Source: Lachnospiraceae bacterium UBA7054
Lineage (GTDB): Bacteria > Bacillota > Clostridia > Lachnospirales > Lachnospiraceae
Direction of reading: 5' to 3'
Length of the DNA stretch: 64,000 nucleotides
Assembly (NCBI GenBank): GCA_002492725.1
Contig: DLAF01000071.1
Location: forward strand, 2,305 to 66,304
Part shown: one piece after another, positions 9,622 through 19,715 of the stretch
Layout: the number at the start of each line of letters is the position of its first letter
Position numbering within the stretch: the first letter of the stretch is position 1
Notes under the pieces: generated by a model
The model's database searches: none
What the model saw: only the letters and a program-made list of their open reading frames with translations
Told to the model about the DNA's origin: nothing
Program-made: the position numbers and the translations under genes

Positions 9622-10503
9622 ATGAACTTGTTAAAATATGGCGATACTATTGGGATCATATCGCCAAGTTGGGTGGCAAATAAAAACGATTATGAAAAGT
9701 ACGCAAAAGGCATTGAAAAATTGGGATTTCACGTTAAATTCGGCAAAAATATATATAAAGACACTTATAAATATACTGCAAGTGTAGCAGAGCGGGTTGA
9801 TGATTTGAATGAGATGATATATGACGAGAATGTAAGGTTGGTATTCTTTGGTGGGGGTTATGGAAGTGTAGATTTACTTCCGTATATTGATTATAACAGA
9901 ATAAAAGAAACGCCGAAGCTTTTTTTGAGTTATAGTGATGGAACATCTATCCTTAATGCTATATATGCGAACACCGGCATAACGACATACTATGGGCAGA
10001 CTCCGGGATTATTTGATCATATCAACGAATACGACAAAAAACAATTTGTTTCGCATTTGATTGATGGAGCTGTAACAGATTATATCAGTAATAGTGATTG
10101 GTATACTATAACAGGGGGATGCTGCGAAGGAAGCCTTGTTGGCGGATATTTACTTAATTTTGTCTTGACTCTGGGAAACAGATTTTTTCCATATCGAACA
10201 GACAGGAATTATATATTATTTATTGAAGAATTGGATAAATTTCAATCCGTTCAAGATGTCAGCATGTTCTTAACTTGTATTGGACAAAGCCGGTTGATGG
10301 AACAAGTAACAGGTTTGCTGTTTGGACACTATTCAGATGATATTTCGCCACTGTTGTTTGAAGTACTGGAGCGGTTTGGTAAAAAATATAGCATTCCTGT
10401 GGCTTATTGTGACGATTTTGGTCATGGCTCGAATCATGCAATTTTTCCTATTGGCAGAGGGGCGGTTTTAGACACAAAAAATAAAACACTATTATTTCAA
10501 TAG
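9622..10503 (+). CDS. S66 peptidase / LD-carboxypeptidase (MccF-like)
   Basis: GGYGS, SYSDGT nucleophile motif, LFIEE, FGHG; low GC. Confidence 0.88.
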   Translation: MNLLKYGDTIGIISPSWVANKNDYEKYAKGIEKLGFHVKFGKNIYKDTYKYTASVAERVDDLNEMIYDENVRLVFFGGGYGSVDLLPYIDYNRIKETPKLFLSYSDGTSILNAIYANTGITTYYGQTPGLFDHINEYDKKQFVSHLIDGAVTDYISNSDWYTITGGCCEGSLVGGYLLNFVLTLGNRFFPYRTDRNYILFIEELDKFQSVQDVSMFLTCIGQSRLMEQVTGLLFGHYSDDISPLLFEVLERFGKKYSIPVAYCDDFGHGSNHAIFPIGRGAVLDTKNKTLLFQ

Positions 10504-10615
10504 GGCATAAAAAGTGGTTACATCCACGCTATAGGGAGCGGGAGGATGTGCCAATTTTTATTGCCCTCGGACAGTGTTTATGCTAGGATAAAACTAAGAT
10601 TGGAGGGCTTGGCGT

Positions 10616-11980
10616 ATGAGATACGACGTGATCATTGTCGGCGCGGGGCCGGGCGGCATTTATTCGGCATACGAGCTGACACAGAAAGGAACGGATTTAA
10701 AAATAGCGGTGTTTGAGGCGGGGCACGCTCTGGAAAAGCGGCATTGTCCCATAGACGGCGATAAGGTGAAATCCTGCGTGGGCTGTCCGAGCTGTTCCAT
10801 TATGAGCGGCTTCGGCGGCGCGGGCGCCTTTTCCGACGGGAAATACAATATTACAAACGATTTTGGCGGCACGCTCTACGAGTATGTGGGGAAGAAACAG
10901 GCGCTGGAGCTGATGCGCTATGTGGACGAGATTAACATGCGTTACGGCGGCGAGGGGACGAAGCTCTACTCCACGGCGGGGACGCACTTTAAGAAGCTTT
11001 GTCTGCAAAATAAGTTAAATCTGTTGGACGCTTCGGTGCGTCATCTGGGGACGGATATTAATTATGTTGTGCTGGAAAATCTTTATGCTGTGCTGAAGGA
11101 AAAGGTTGACTTTTTCTTTGATACGCCTGTGCGCACGGTTGAGAAGACGGCGGACGGATTTCGTGTGATCACGGAGAAGGAAGGATACGAATGTGACAAA
11201 TGTGTCATATCTGTGGGGCGCAGCGGCAGCAAATGGATGGAGAAGGTATGCGGGGAGCTGGATATTAAAACAAAATCGAACCGCGTTGACATCGGCGTGC
11301 GGGTGGAGCTTCCGGCGGTTATTTTCTCTCATTTGACGGATGAACTTTACGAGAGCAAGATCGTTTACCGCACGGAAAAATTTGAGGATAATGTGCGGAC
11401 ATTCTGTATGAATCCGCATGGGATCGTGGTCAATGAAAATACGAACGGCATCGTGACGGTGAACGGGCACAGCTACGAGGGTGCGGAGAAGCAGACGGAG
11501 AACACGAATTTTGCCCTGCTTGTGGCGAAGCATTTTTCGGAGCCTTTTAAGGACAGCAACGGTTATGGTGAGAGCATTGCCAGACTTTCCAATATGCTGG
11601 GCGGCGGCGTGATCGTGCAGCGCTTCGGCGATCTGGTGCGCGGCAGACGCAGCAATGCAAAGCGGATCTCGGAAGGTATCATAGAGCCGACTCTTTCCGC
11701 GACACCGGGAGACTTAAGTCTTGTGTTGCCAAAGCGTATTTTGGACGGTATCATGGAAATGATCTATGCGCTTGACAAGATTGCGCCCGGTACCGCGAAC
11801 GACGATACGCTGCTCTACGGGGTGGAAGTGAAATTCTATAATATGGAAGTGGATATTGACGAGAATCTGGAAACCAGGCACAAAGGACTTTACATCATCG
11901 GAGACGGCAGCGGGGTGACGCATTCACTTTCCCACGCTTCCGCAAGCGGGGTGTATGTAGCGCGGAGGATACGGGGATGA
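10616..11980 (+). CDS. FAD-dependent oxidoreductase
   Basis: Rossmann motif IIVGAGPGG, GGAGAFSDGK, TFCMNP, GDGSG. Confidence 0.88.
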   Translation: MRYDVIIVGAGPGGIYSAYELTQKGTDLKIAVFEAGHALEKRHCPIDGDKVKSCVGCPSCSIMSGFGGAGAFSDGKYNITNDFGGTLYEYVGKKQALELMRYVDEINMRYGGEGTKLYSTAGTHFKKLCLQNKLNLLDASVRHLGTDINYVVLENLYAVLKEKVDFFFDTPVRTVEKTADGFRVITEKEGYECDKCVISVGRSGSKWMEKVCGELDIKTKSNRVDIGVRVELPAVIFSHLTDELYESKIVYRTEKFEDNVRTFCMNPHGIVVNENTNGIVTVNGHSYEGAEKQTENTNFALLVAKHFSEPFKDSNGYGESIARLSNMLGGGVIVQRFGDLVRGRRSNAKRISEGIIEPTLSATPGDLSLVLPKRILDGIMEMIYALDKIAPGTANDDTLLYGVEVKFYNMEVDIDENLETRHKGLYIIGDGSGVTHSLSHASASGVYVARRIRG

Positions 11981-12852
11981 TTTTAGGAGCACTGGAAGCA
12001 GGCGGTACGAAGATGGTGTGCGCTATCGGCAACGAAAACGGAGAGATCAAAGAGCAGGTTTCAATCCCCACAGAAACGCCGGAGATCACGATGCCGAAAC
12101 TTTTGGATTTTTTTGAAGGAAAAGGCATTGAGGCGCTGGGCATCGGATGCTTTGGGCCAATCGACGTGGACAGGGATTCCGCAACTTACGGGTATATTAC
12201 CACCACGCCAAAGCTTGCCTGGCAGAATTTTAATATCGTGGGTGCGTTTCGTGATAAGTTGGGCGTACCGGTGGGCTTTGATACGGACGTGAACGGATCG
12301 GCACTTGGAGAATACACTTGGGGAATCGCCAAAGGGCTGCACAGTTGTATCTACATAACGATTGGTACGGGTGTGGGTGTGGGTGTGATTGTTGACGGCA
12401 GACTCGTGCACGGTATGATGCACCCGGAAGGAGGACATATTCTGCTGCACAAGCTTCCGCATGATACTTATGAGGGCTTTTGTCCCTTCCACAAGAACTG
12501 CATGGAGGGACTGGCAGCCGGCCCAGCCATCGAAGGCAGATGGGGAAAGAAGGCGGTCGAACTTGCGGACAGGACGGAGGTCTGGGAGATGGAGGCGGAG
12601 TACATTGCGCAGGCGCTGGTCGATTATGTGATGCTCTTATCGCCCCAGCGCATCATTTTAGGCGGCGGCGTCATGCACCAGACACAGCTTCTGCCCATGG
12701 TGCGCGCAAAGTTTAAAGAGCTGTTAAACGGCTATGTCAAGACAAAAGAAATAGAGGATCTTGACAGCTACATCGTGGTGCAGAGTCTTGATGACAAGCA
12801 GGGGATCATGGGGGCGCTGAAGCTGGGGCTGATGGAGATGGAGAAGGCTTAG
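11977..12852 (+). CDS. ROK-family sugar kinase (fructokinase-like)
   Basis: EAGGTK, DTDVN, TIGTGVG, HPEGGH, CPFH..CMEG. Confidence 0.9.
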   Translation: MILGALEAGGTKMVCAIGNENGEIKEQVSIPTETPEITMPKLLDFFEGKGIEALGIGCFGPIDVDRDSATYGYITTTPKLAWQNFNIVGAFRDKLGVPVGFDTDVNGSALGEYTWGIAKGLHSCIYITIGTGVGVGVIVDGRLVHGMMHPEGGHILLHKLPHDTYEGFCPFHKNCMEGLAAGPAIEGRWGKKAVELADRTEVWEMEAEYIAQALVDYVMLLSPQRIILGGGVMHQTQLLPMVRAKFKELLNGYVKTKEIEDLDSYIVVQSLDDKQGIMGALKLGLMEMEKA

Positions 12853-12889
12853 TCTCATGGAGATTTGAAAAAAATAAATTTAGAAACAG

Positions 12890-12918
12890 TTGCTATTTGA
12901 AAGTTATTTGAGTATACT
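12890..12918 (+). promoter_or_regulatory. Sigma-A promoter of the type III TA operon
   Basis: TTGCTA-17bp-TATACT immediately upstream of the antitoxin repeats. Confidence 0.7.
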
Positions 12919-12949
12919 ATAGGTAAGTTAATACTTTGGTATTAACAGT

Positions 12950-13056
12950 AGGTATATCTCGACCTTTAATGGAGACAGTTATGAGCGGGCATATCTCGGC
13001 CCTAAGTGAGACAGTTATAAGTGAGTGTTTCGCCACTCAAAGCGCGAATCTAACAG
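12950..13056 (+). ncRNA. Type III antitoxin RNA (ToxI/antiQ-like): three ~35-37 nt pseudoknot units
   Basis: Units begin at 12950, 12987 and 13023; each has stem 1 plus loop bases complementary to a downstream segment. Located between a promoter and a terminator, upstream of a ToxN-like gene. Confidence 0.82.
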
Positions 13057-13082
13057 TGGGGCGGATTTTCCGCCCCATTTTT
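13057..13082 (+). terminator. Intrinsic terminator between antitoxin RNA and toxin gene
   Basis: TGGGGCGGA-ttt-TCCGCCCCA-TTTTT. Confidence 0.85.
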
Positions 13083-13101
13083 ACAGCGGGAGGATATAAA
13101 G

Positions 13102-13596
13102 TTGACGATCAAGTTGTATGAAGTCAATCCAAATTATATAAATTATCTTGTCCCATATGCCGCACATCTATTTCACAATAAGCAACCCGGACAATATAAT
13201 GAGAGAAAATATATTGGTGTTGTGTTAGTTATTAACGACATGAAATATTTTGCACCATTGTCTTCTTTCAAATCCAAACATGAAAAAATGAAAAATGGAT
13301 TGGATTTTCTGAAAGTAGGAAACTATGCAGTAATCAATATCAATAATATGTTTCCGGTTCCCGATGGCGAATATACATATGTTGATATTCCTAAAGTTAA
13401 AAATCAACAGTATAGGAAACTCTTGTCAACAGAATATCGTATCATCAGGAAGATGCAGGACAAGATAAGAAAACACGCGGCGGAAGTATATAAGCATAAA
13501 ATAAATTATGGCTACGCAACAGCATTGTCAAAAAGGTGTAATGATTTTTTGCTATTGGAAGAAAAATGCAGACAATATGGGAACAGCTCATTATAA
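13102..13596 (+). CDS. Type III TA toxin, ToxN/AbiQ-family endoribonuclease
   Basis: YINYL, RKYIGVVL, YFAPLSS, ININNMFPVP, DFLLLEEKC family motifs; GGGAGG RBS with TTG start; canonical repeats-terminator-toxin layout. Confidence 0.9.
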   Translation: MTIKLYEVNPNYINYLVPYAAHLFHNKQPGQYNERKYIGVVLVINDMKYFAPLSSFKSKHEKMKNGLDFLKVGNYAVININNMFPVPDGEYTYVDIPKVKNQQYRKLLSTEYRIIRKMQDKIRKHAAEVYKHKINYGYATALSKRCNDFLLLEEKCRQYGNSSL

Positions 13597-13612
13597 AAAG
13601 AAGGACAAGGGA

Positions 13613-14536
13613 ATGTTTACTACTATTTTTGGCAAAAAGATTTATTATGAAATGTATGGTGCGGAACACGGTAATACATTGCTGTATCTTCACGGAGGTC
13701 CCGGAGCAAGCTGCCTTGATTTTGCGGGTCAGGCAAAAGCCCTGAGCAGGCAAGTAAGGGTCATACTATTGGATCAGTTGGGCGTTCTTCGTTCGGATGC
13801 CATTGCTGAGAATGAAGATTATGGTATGGAATATCAGGTGGAAATGTTCGAGGAGATACGGAAAGTTTTTGGTATCGAAAAATGGAGCATCCTCGGACAT
13901 TCTTATGGCGGTATGCTTGCCGTTTTATATGCGCATCTTTATCCGGATTCCATTCATAAGATGATCTTGGATTGTCCTTCCTTATGGTTTGAAGACTCTG
14001 CGAGATCGGTGGCGGAATATTTATGCGAACATATTGAGAGTCACAACAATAGGGAGCAAAGTGAACTTTGTGAAAAACTGAAAAGGACAGATTATCAGGG
14101 CGGAAAAGAATGTATTTACGATTTAATTACACTGCTGAATGGTTGCACAGATATGCAGCTGCGAAATTATTTACATGGCGTTTCTTTTGAAGAATATCAA
14201 AAGAGTATGGACACGAGTGAAATCACAAATGAAATGTGGGCAAAAGGGGATCGGCATTTGGAGAAGCTGTTGGAAAAGCCGCCGGTGCAAAAGGAATCTA
14301 ATGCGCAAAGAGTAACTATGATGGATAATTTTATGCCCATGATTCAAAAGATAACCCTTCCGGTACTGTTGATCAACGGGAAATTTGACCCTGCCTGCAC
14401 AAAGCGTCAAATAGAATATATGTTAAGCAATGTACCAAATATCATGCAAATTGTTTTTGAAAACAGCGGACACTTTCCCAGAATTGAGGAAGCGGAAAAA
14501 TATACGAATGTCGTGCTTGATTTTCTTGAAAAATAG
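13613..14536 (+). CDS. Alpha/beta hydrolase (proline iminopeptidase-like)
   Basis: HGGPG, GHSYGG nucleophile, SGHFP. Confidence 0.88.
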   Translation: MFTTIFGKKIYYEMYGAEHGNTLLYLHGGPGASCLDFAGQAKALSRQVRVILLDQLGVLRSDAIAENEDYGMEYQVEMFEEIRKVFGIEKWSILGHSYGGMLAVLYAHLYPDSIHKMILDCPSLWFEDSARSVAEYLCEHIESHNNREQSELCEKLKRTDYQGGKECIYDLITLLNGCTDMQLRNYLHGVSFEEYQKSMDTSEITNEMWAKGDRHLEKLLEKPPVQKESNAQRVTMMDNFMPMIQKITLPVLLINGKFDPACTKRQIEYMLSNVPNIMQIVFENSGHFPRIEEAEKYTNVVLDFLEK

Positions 14537-14539
14537 AAA

Positions 14540-14596
14540 AGGTAATTGCAAAACCTCACAATGATTATCGTGTTGTGATACGTTTTGCAATTACCT
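14540..14596. terminator. Long hairpin between convergent genes
   Basis: AGGTAATTGCAAAAC...GTTTTGCAATTACCT, a 15-bp perfect inverted repeat. Confidence 0.6.
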
Positions 14597-14602
14597 GAAA
14601 AA

Positions 14603-15724
14603 TCATACCGCGAAGTGATCCCGCAGATATTCGATCAGCACATCCGCCGCTCTGCGGTGTGAGAGCGCTCCCGGATGCTCGTGCGAGCCGACCGTCTCCT
14701 TCGTAGTGTTCGGAAGCTGCAGGAAAAGGAGATTGTGATCGCCCGTTTCCTGCGTGTAGCGGTTCATGGCGCCCGTGATGGCGGGTGTCAGGTTGTAACC
14801 GAGCATGCCGTAGCACCATACGATATGCGCCTGCGGATTGTGTCTGCGCAGCATTTTTAAAAAGTTTACAACGGCGTCCTTAAAACGGTTTAAGTCTTCC
14901 TCATTGTAAGTACCGTCCTCGTTTTTTCGCTGCTTGAAGCTTTCGCCCGTAGCAGGATTGACAAATGGCGGCTGCTCGAAGGCGGAGGCATCGTTGGTGC
15001 CGAGATTGACGATCACGGCATCCACCTTTCGCAGGGAAAAGTCATATGGTTCAAAGGCTCCAAGAGCCTCATTTTTTTTGCCATAACACAGACCACAAAG
15101 CTTTTCATAGCGGGAGGGAATGTTGGAATCCGGGTTGTTGTCCCAGGCGGAGAGCACGCCCCATCCGCCCTGCGAGATCAGAAAGGCGTCCGCGTCAAGC
15201 GCTTCTGCCGTCAGCTTCGCGTAGTTGCGGCTGTAGCTCATGTACATGGGGATCCAGTCCCAGTCTTCCTTTGCGCCGTAAGTCCCTTCGCCGGAAGTGA
15301 TGCTGTCGCCAATAAATTCGAAAGTAAGTTTCTTTGCGGGAACGGGAGAAAAGGTTCCGTTTGCCTGAAAGCCGTGGACAATGAGGCAGCAGTCTTCGTC
15401 CTCCGACATGGCTTGGAGTTCTCTGTAGATACGCACATTTTTAATTGGTTCCTCGCTCATGCCGCGGAAGAGGCATAAGGGGTATGTACCGGGCATGAGC
15501 ATCTGGCGGCTCATCAGCTCACCGTTGATTTCACAGGCGATCCACATTTCATGGACATTGTAACTGACCTCAAGATCCACCCAAAGTTCCGAACCCGAGA
15601 CGTTTACTTCTACGCCGCTTCCGTTGAAGAAGAGGGGAAGTGGGGAGGCTTTGGGAATCGTGCGCCCGTGTACTTTGTAATGGGGGAGTTCTGCGATCGG
15701 ATATTTTTTCAGATTGGGGTTCAT
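14603..15724 (-). CDS. SGNH/GDSL esterase (CE2-like carbohydrate esterase)
   Basis: FIGDSITSGEG, NLGTND, terminal HP. Confidence 0.85.
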   Translation of the reverse strand: MNPNLKKYPIAELPHYKVHGRTIPKASPLPLFFNGSGVEVNVSGSELWVDLEVSYNVHEMWIACEINGELMSRQMLMPGTYPLCLFRGMSEEPIKNVRIYRELQAMSEDEDCCLIVHGFQANGTFSPVPAKKLTFEFIGDSITSGEGTYGAKEDWDWIPMYMSYSRNYAKLTAEALDADAFLISQGGWGVLSAWDNNPDSNIPSRYEKLCGLCYGKKNEALGAFEPYDFSLRKVDAVIVNLGTNDASAFEQPPFVNPATGESFKQRKNEDGTYNEEDLNRFKDAVVNFLKMLRRHNPQAHIVWCYGMLGYNLTPAITGAMNRYTQETGDHNLLFLQLPNTTKETVGSHEHPGALSHRRAADVLIEYLRDHFAV

Positions 15725-15878
15725 GGTAATACCTACCTTTCTTTTCATTTATAGAAATATAATTTCTTTTTCATCATTGCATGTTTTTCTCTATCATCGT
15801 AGCAGGATTTCGGAGAGAAAGCAAATGATATTCTGTGTTTTTGTAACAGTTCATCATCAAAAAATATGAAAAAATCTC

Positions 15879-15909
15879 TTGACCTTCACGGAGCGTCATA
15901 GTATACAGT
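15879..15909 (+). promoter_or_regulatory. MerR-type promoter with 19-bp spacer
   Basis: TTGACC-19bp-TACAGT with a spacer dyad (ACG...CGT), directly before a MerR gene. Confidence 0.7.
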
Positions 15910-15958
15910 GGTTTTATCAGGGACAGGCCCCCAAAACCGCTTTGACAGGGAGGAGACT

Positions 15959-16810
15959 ATGAGAACGGTAAAGGAATTGTCAGACATCACAGGTATCAGC
16001 GTGCGCGCGCTTCATTATTACGACGAAATCGGGCTGCTTACGCCGACGGCGAAAAGTGAAGCGGGATACAGGCTTTATGACGATAAAGCGTTGGAAACAT
16101 TGCGGCAGATTTTATTTTTCCGCGAGTTTGCTATTCCTTTGGGAAAGATCAAGTCTATTTTGGAGAATCCTGCTCTGAATCAAAAACAGATTTTGCAGAT
16201 GCAAAGAGAGATGCTGGTGGCGCAGAAAGCGCGAACAGAGCGTCTGATCGCCGGCATCGATACTATTCTGAAAGGAGAAGATACAATGGATTTTGCGATT
16301 TTTAGCAGGACGGAAGTGGAAGATATGTTTGATGCTATGTTTACACAGATACCGGAACAAATCAGGCAGATCGCTATTGATGAATTTGGCGGCGCGGATA
16401 AATGGCGGGCGCATTATATTGAAGTGCTGTCATCTGAGCAGATGCAGAAATCATTTGCAAAGATTGTCGAATGGTACGGTGGTAAGGAGGCGTATCAGGA
16501 TGCGGCAAAGCGTCCTATGAGTCAGCAAGTAGTCGAAAGCTATAATAAGAGACTTGACGCTATCCTGCAAAAATTGGCGGCAAAACAGGGATGTCCTGCG
16601 GATTCTTTTGAAGTGAAGGAGATCGTGGGGGAATATGGTTTTGTTATCAGACAGGCTTCCAGTATGAAGGATGAAAAGGGGTTTTTGCTTGTTTATGCGA
16701 AATCTTTTCGTAAGGATCCCATGCAGTCTGAACTGGATCAAAAGTATGGCGCGGGAAGCGCGGCCTTTTTTGCCGAGGCAATAGAAGCTTTTTACGGGAA
16801 AGCGGAGTAA
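15959..16810 (+). CDS. MerR-family regulator (Mta/TipA-like)
   Basis: MRTVKELSDITGISVRALHYYDEIGLL..GYRLY; TipAS-like C-terminus. Confidence 0.92.
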   Translation: MRTVKELSDITGISVRALHYYDEIGLLTPTAKSEAGYRLYDDKALETLRQILFFREFAIPLGKIKSILENPALNQKQILQMQREMLVAQKARTERLIAGIDTILKGEDTMDFAIFSRTEVEDMFDAMFTQIPEQIRQIAIDEFGGADKWRAHYIEVLSSEQMQKSFAKIVEWYGGKEAYQDAAKRPMSQQVVESYNKRLDAILQKLAAKQGCPADSFEVKEIVGEYGFVIRQASSMKDEKGFLLVYAKSFRKDPMQSELDQKYGAGSAAFFAEAIEAFYGKAE

Positions 16811-17452
16811 GGAGAGAAAACAAAATCCCCGCAAGCGGCGACAGCACTACCATAATCATCGAAAAAGTAAAGGATTCCATGGAGATAAGCGTAGCCCGCT
16901 GTTTTGACGGAAACATACGCTGCAGGATCGTGTTCGTTCTGACCTGCAGCGTATCGTCGCCAAACGCCGCAATAAAGCCGCCGAGCGTCATCAACAGAAA
17001 TGCCTGAATGCTCGAGAAACACGCCCGAGAGCACCAATGCCGCCGTCACGGCAAACACGTTTCTGTATTTTGGCTTCTTCCATTTCAGCACGACTTTCGC
17101 GCCAAGGATACCACCCATTTCCATAAAGAATAAGGCAGCCCCCAGCGCCTGATTTGGCATTCCTGCCGCGGGCAGTTTGGCCTGCAGGAAGAACAGAAGC
17201 AAAATATCCAATGCGCCAATTCCGATTTGACTGATTGAGTCAATTTGGCTGCGTCGCATTCTCCTTCATCGGGTACCCGCGCCTCATATAAGGAAAGAAC
17301 GATCAAAATCTGCAGGATGCACATTATGACGTCCGTGCCGTAGGCAGCCTTATGTTCAATAAAAAGCGCAAAACCCACGCTCCGGTCAATGACAGATTTC
17401 CCGCTACGGATGACAGGTATAGCTTCCTGATTTGATTTTTTGTTTTTTGCAT
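16806..17452 (-). pseudogene. Fragmented MFS efflux transporter
   Basis: Starts MQKTKNQIRKLYLSSVAGNLSLTGAWV; TM fragments fall in different frames, ending in LQRMFPSKQRATLISMESFTFS. About 650 bp in total versus about 1200 bp for a 12-TM MFS. Confidence 0.75.
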
Positions 17453-17605
17453 AAAAAAACCTCCTTAGCTTTTTTAGGAAAAAGTTAAGGAGATAGTGCG
17501 CCCTTTTTGCAGTTGAAGATTAATGCTTTTCCAGATCATATGACTGCCTTGGGTTGGTTTTCGATTGCTGATAAATATTTTACAAAACGGCCGCCGAAAT
17601 GTCAA
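17453..17605 (-). promoter_or_regulatory. Promoter, short uORF and SD-sequestering/terminator hairpin (attenuator-like leader)
   Basis: TTGACA-17-TAAAAT (17605-17577); uORF 17539-17474; hairpin CTCCTTAACTTTT/AAAAGCTAAGGAG followed by a T7 tract. Confidence 0.55.
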
Positions 17606-17612
17606 GGAAAGC

Positions 17613-18122
17613 CTATTGTATCTTTTTTAAAAGCCTCTGCTTGAAGGCCCTGACCCTTGCGCCGTAGCGGGTTGAAAAGATGAGGCCTGTAAAGAGCATA
17701 CCAATCGCCAGTCCCTGCGCAAATTCCAATGCATTGACCACAACGGAATAATCATACAGGCTTGTGTCTTTTATGATGCCATAGGCCAATATCAAAAGCA
17801 TGGCAATTGCATTGCAGATACGGACGCGCTTCTGATAGCGTTCCGCCTCTGTATTGGTATAATCGACTGCCTGTAATACGGTTTCTTTCATTTCTTTATC
17901 CATGTTCTCGCTTTTCCTTTCTCCATTCAGGATTTCCCGCAGATCGACTTCGTAATAGTCGGACAGCTCAATCAAAAGATCCAAGTCCGGCATATTGTTG
18001 CCGTTTTCCCAGCGGGATACGGTTCGGTTTGACACGTTACATTTTTCCGCAAGCTGTTCCTGCGTCAATCCTTTTTGCTTGCGGAGCTCCTTTAAAAATG
18101 CTCCTATTTTTTGTTGATTCAT
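17613..18122 (-). CDS. XRE-family HTH regulator with C-terminal TM helices
   Basis: LRKQKGLTQEQLAE...TVSRWENG..PD; two hydrophobic segments. Confidence 0.9.
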   Translation of the reverse strand: MNQQKIGAFLKELRKQKGLTQEQLAEKCNVSNRTVSRWENGNNMPDLDLLIELSDYYEVDLREILNGERKSENMDKEMKETVLQAVDYTNTEAERYQKRVRICNAIAMLLILAYGIIKDTSLYDYSVVVNALEFAQGLAIGMLFTGLIFSTRYGARVRAFKQRLLKKIQ

Positions 18123-18326
18123 GATGGACTCCTTTCGGAGAAAATCTTATCCTGAATGTCCGTTCAAAAACACGACACAAAGCGAGAAATGCCTTATTTT
18201 TCTAGCGGACAAGGTGTGTCTGACGTTTCTTATTTTACCACAAACTTGCATGCAGAGTTCATTTTGACATAAAAAAGAAGAATGCCCAAACAGGCATCCT
18301 CCTTTTTAAGGATAGGAAAAGTCGGT

Positions 18327-18725
18327 TTAGTTGATTCCCGTTATCCCGAGATTTCCGTCCACCGACTTAAAAATGATATTCGGTGTGGCTTCGCCCATGA
18401 TGAAGCCGGCCATGGTTTCCTCCAAGGTTGAGACATCTACGGCGGCAATCACGGCACATCTTTCTTCCGTAAAGATAACATCTTCACCCAAGGCCAGAAA
18501 AGCTTCTTTGTTATCCACTTCTTCACTGTTTACCGCAAGGGGGTAGCTGCACAAATCTGCCAGCGCTTCGAGATCCTTGTCGGCCACAGCGTTTTGGATT
18601 TTTTCGGCAAAGACCGATACGTCGCTGCTCTCTGTGGAAGCGGGGGCGGCAGTCTCTTGTGTGCCGCATCCGACACAGGTAAGGATCACGATTGCGCATA
18701 TTGTAAGTACTTTCCAATTTTTCAT
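18327..18725 (-). CDS. Hypothetical lipoprotein
   Basis: MKNWKVLTICAIVILTCVGC lipobox; GGAGG RBS. Confidence 0.75.
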   Translation of the reverse strand: MKNWKVLTICAIVILTCVGCGTQETAAPASTESSDVSVFAEKIQNAVADKDLEALADLCSYPLAVNSEEVDNKEAFLALGEDVIFTEERCAVIAAVDVSTLEETMAGFIMGEATPNIIFKSVDGNLGITGIN

Positions 18726-18958
18726 AATTTTCCTCCGAATGATTTTAAATTCATTTCTTTTGTTATTCCAGTATATCCCCTCCAAACGGTTGACGGCAAT
18801 CTCGCTTTTTTCGCATTTACTTCCCTGTTTTCCGCAATTCTGCAACTTAATGGTGCAAGCGGTTGCGAAACGGAATGAAGTTCGGTATAATTTCCGATAG
18901 CATTTTCATGATATTGTATGGTCTGCGGACGGCAGCGATACAGACAAGGAGTTTGGGA

Positions 18959-19699
18959 ATGAAGATTATTATTTGTGATGACAATACAGAGGATTTACGC
19001 AATATAGAAAAGTTGCTGGCGCAATATCAGGCAAAGTATCCGGACAGAGAGTTTGAGGTGGAAAAGTTTTCTGACTCATCTGGGTTATTCCGGCGGATCG
19101 CGGAAAGGGAGCCGGCGGATATCTATATCTTGGATATGCTGATGCCGAAGCACACGGGCATCGACCTTGGAAATCAAATCCGAAAATGCGGGTGTGAAAG
19201 TATTATCATCTATCTGACGTCTTCCGATGACTATGCGCTGGATGCCTATGGTGTGCATGCCATTCGATATCTTTTGAAACCGATTAGGGAGGAGAGTTTT
19301 TTTGAGGCATTGGATTATGGATTATCCCTGTTACATCGAAAATCGGAAACGGAATCTGTCTATTTGGTCAAAACGAAGGATGGCTTGGTGCAGACGTCTT
19401 ATTCTGAGATAGAATACATCGAAAACGCGAACAGAAAACTGGAAGTACATCTGATCGGAGGAAGCATTCTGAAAAGTATTTTTATTCGAAAATCTTTTGA
19501 GGAAGAGATTGACAGATTGGCGGAAGAAAAGAATTTTCTACAGGTACACAAATCGTTTGTAGTCAACCTCGATCATGTAAGACAGTTGGGGGCGGGCACT
19601 ATGACTATGGTATCCGGCAGGCAGATTCCTGTCAGCAAGGCGAAGGCGGCAAACGTAAAGCGGGAATATCTTTTGTTTGTTTCCGGCAAATACAGATAG
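18959..19699 (+). CDS. LytTR-family response regulator
   Basis: ICDD, LDMLMP, YLLKP, FLQVHKSFVVN. Confidence 0.92.
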   Translation: MKIIICDDNTEDLRNIEKLLAQYQAKYPDREFEVEKFSDSSGLFRRIAEREPADIYILDMLMPKHTGIDLGNQIRKCGCESIIIYLTSSDDYALDAYGVHAIRYLLKPIREESFFEALDYGLSLLHRKSETESVYLVKTKDGLVQTSYSEIEYIENANRKLEVHLIGGSILKSIFIRKSFEEEIDRLAEEKNFLQVHKSFVVNLDHVRQLGAGTMTMVSGRQIPVSKAKAANVKREYLLFVSGKYR

Positions 19700-19715
19700 G
19701 AATGGTGGGAATGGA

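Noticed and set aside
12950-13056. Mini CRISPR array
   Set aside because: The units are contiguous without unique spacers, there are no cas genes, and the context is a type III TA locus.
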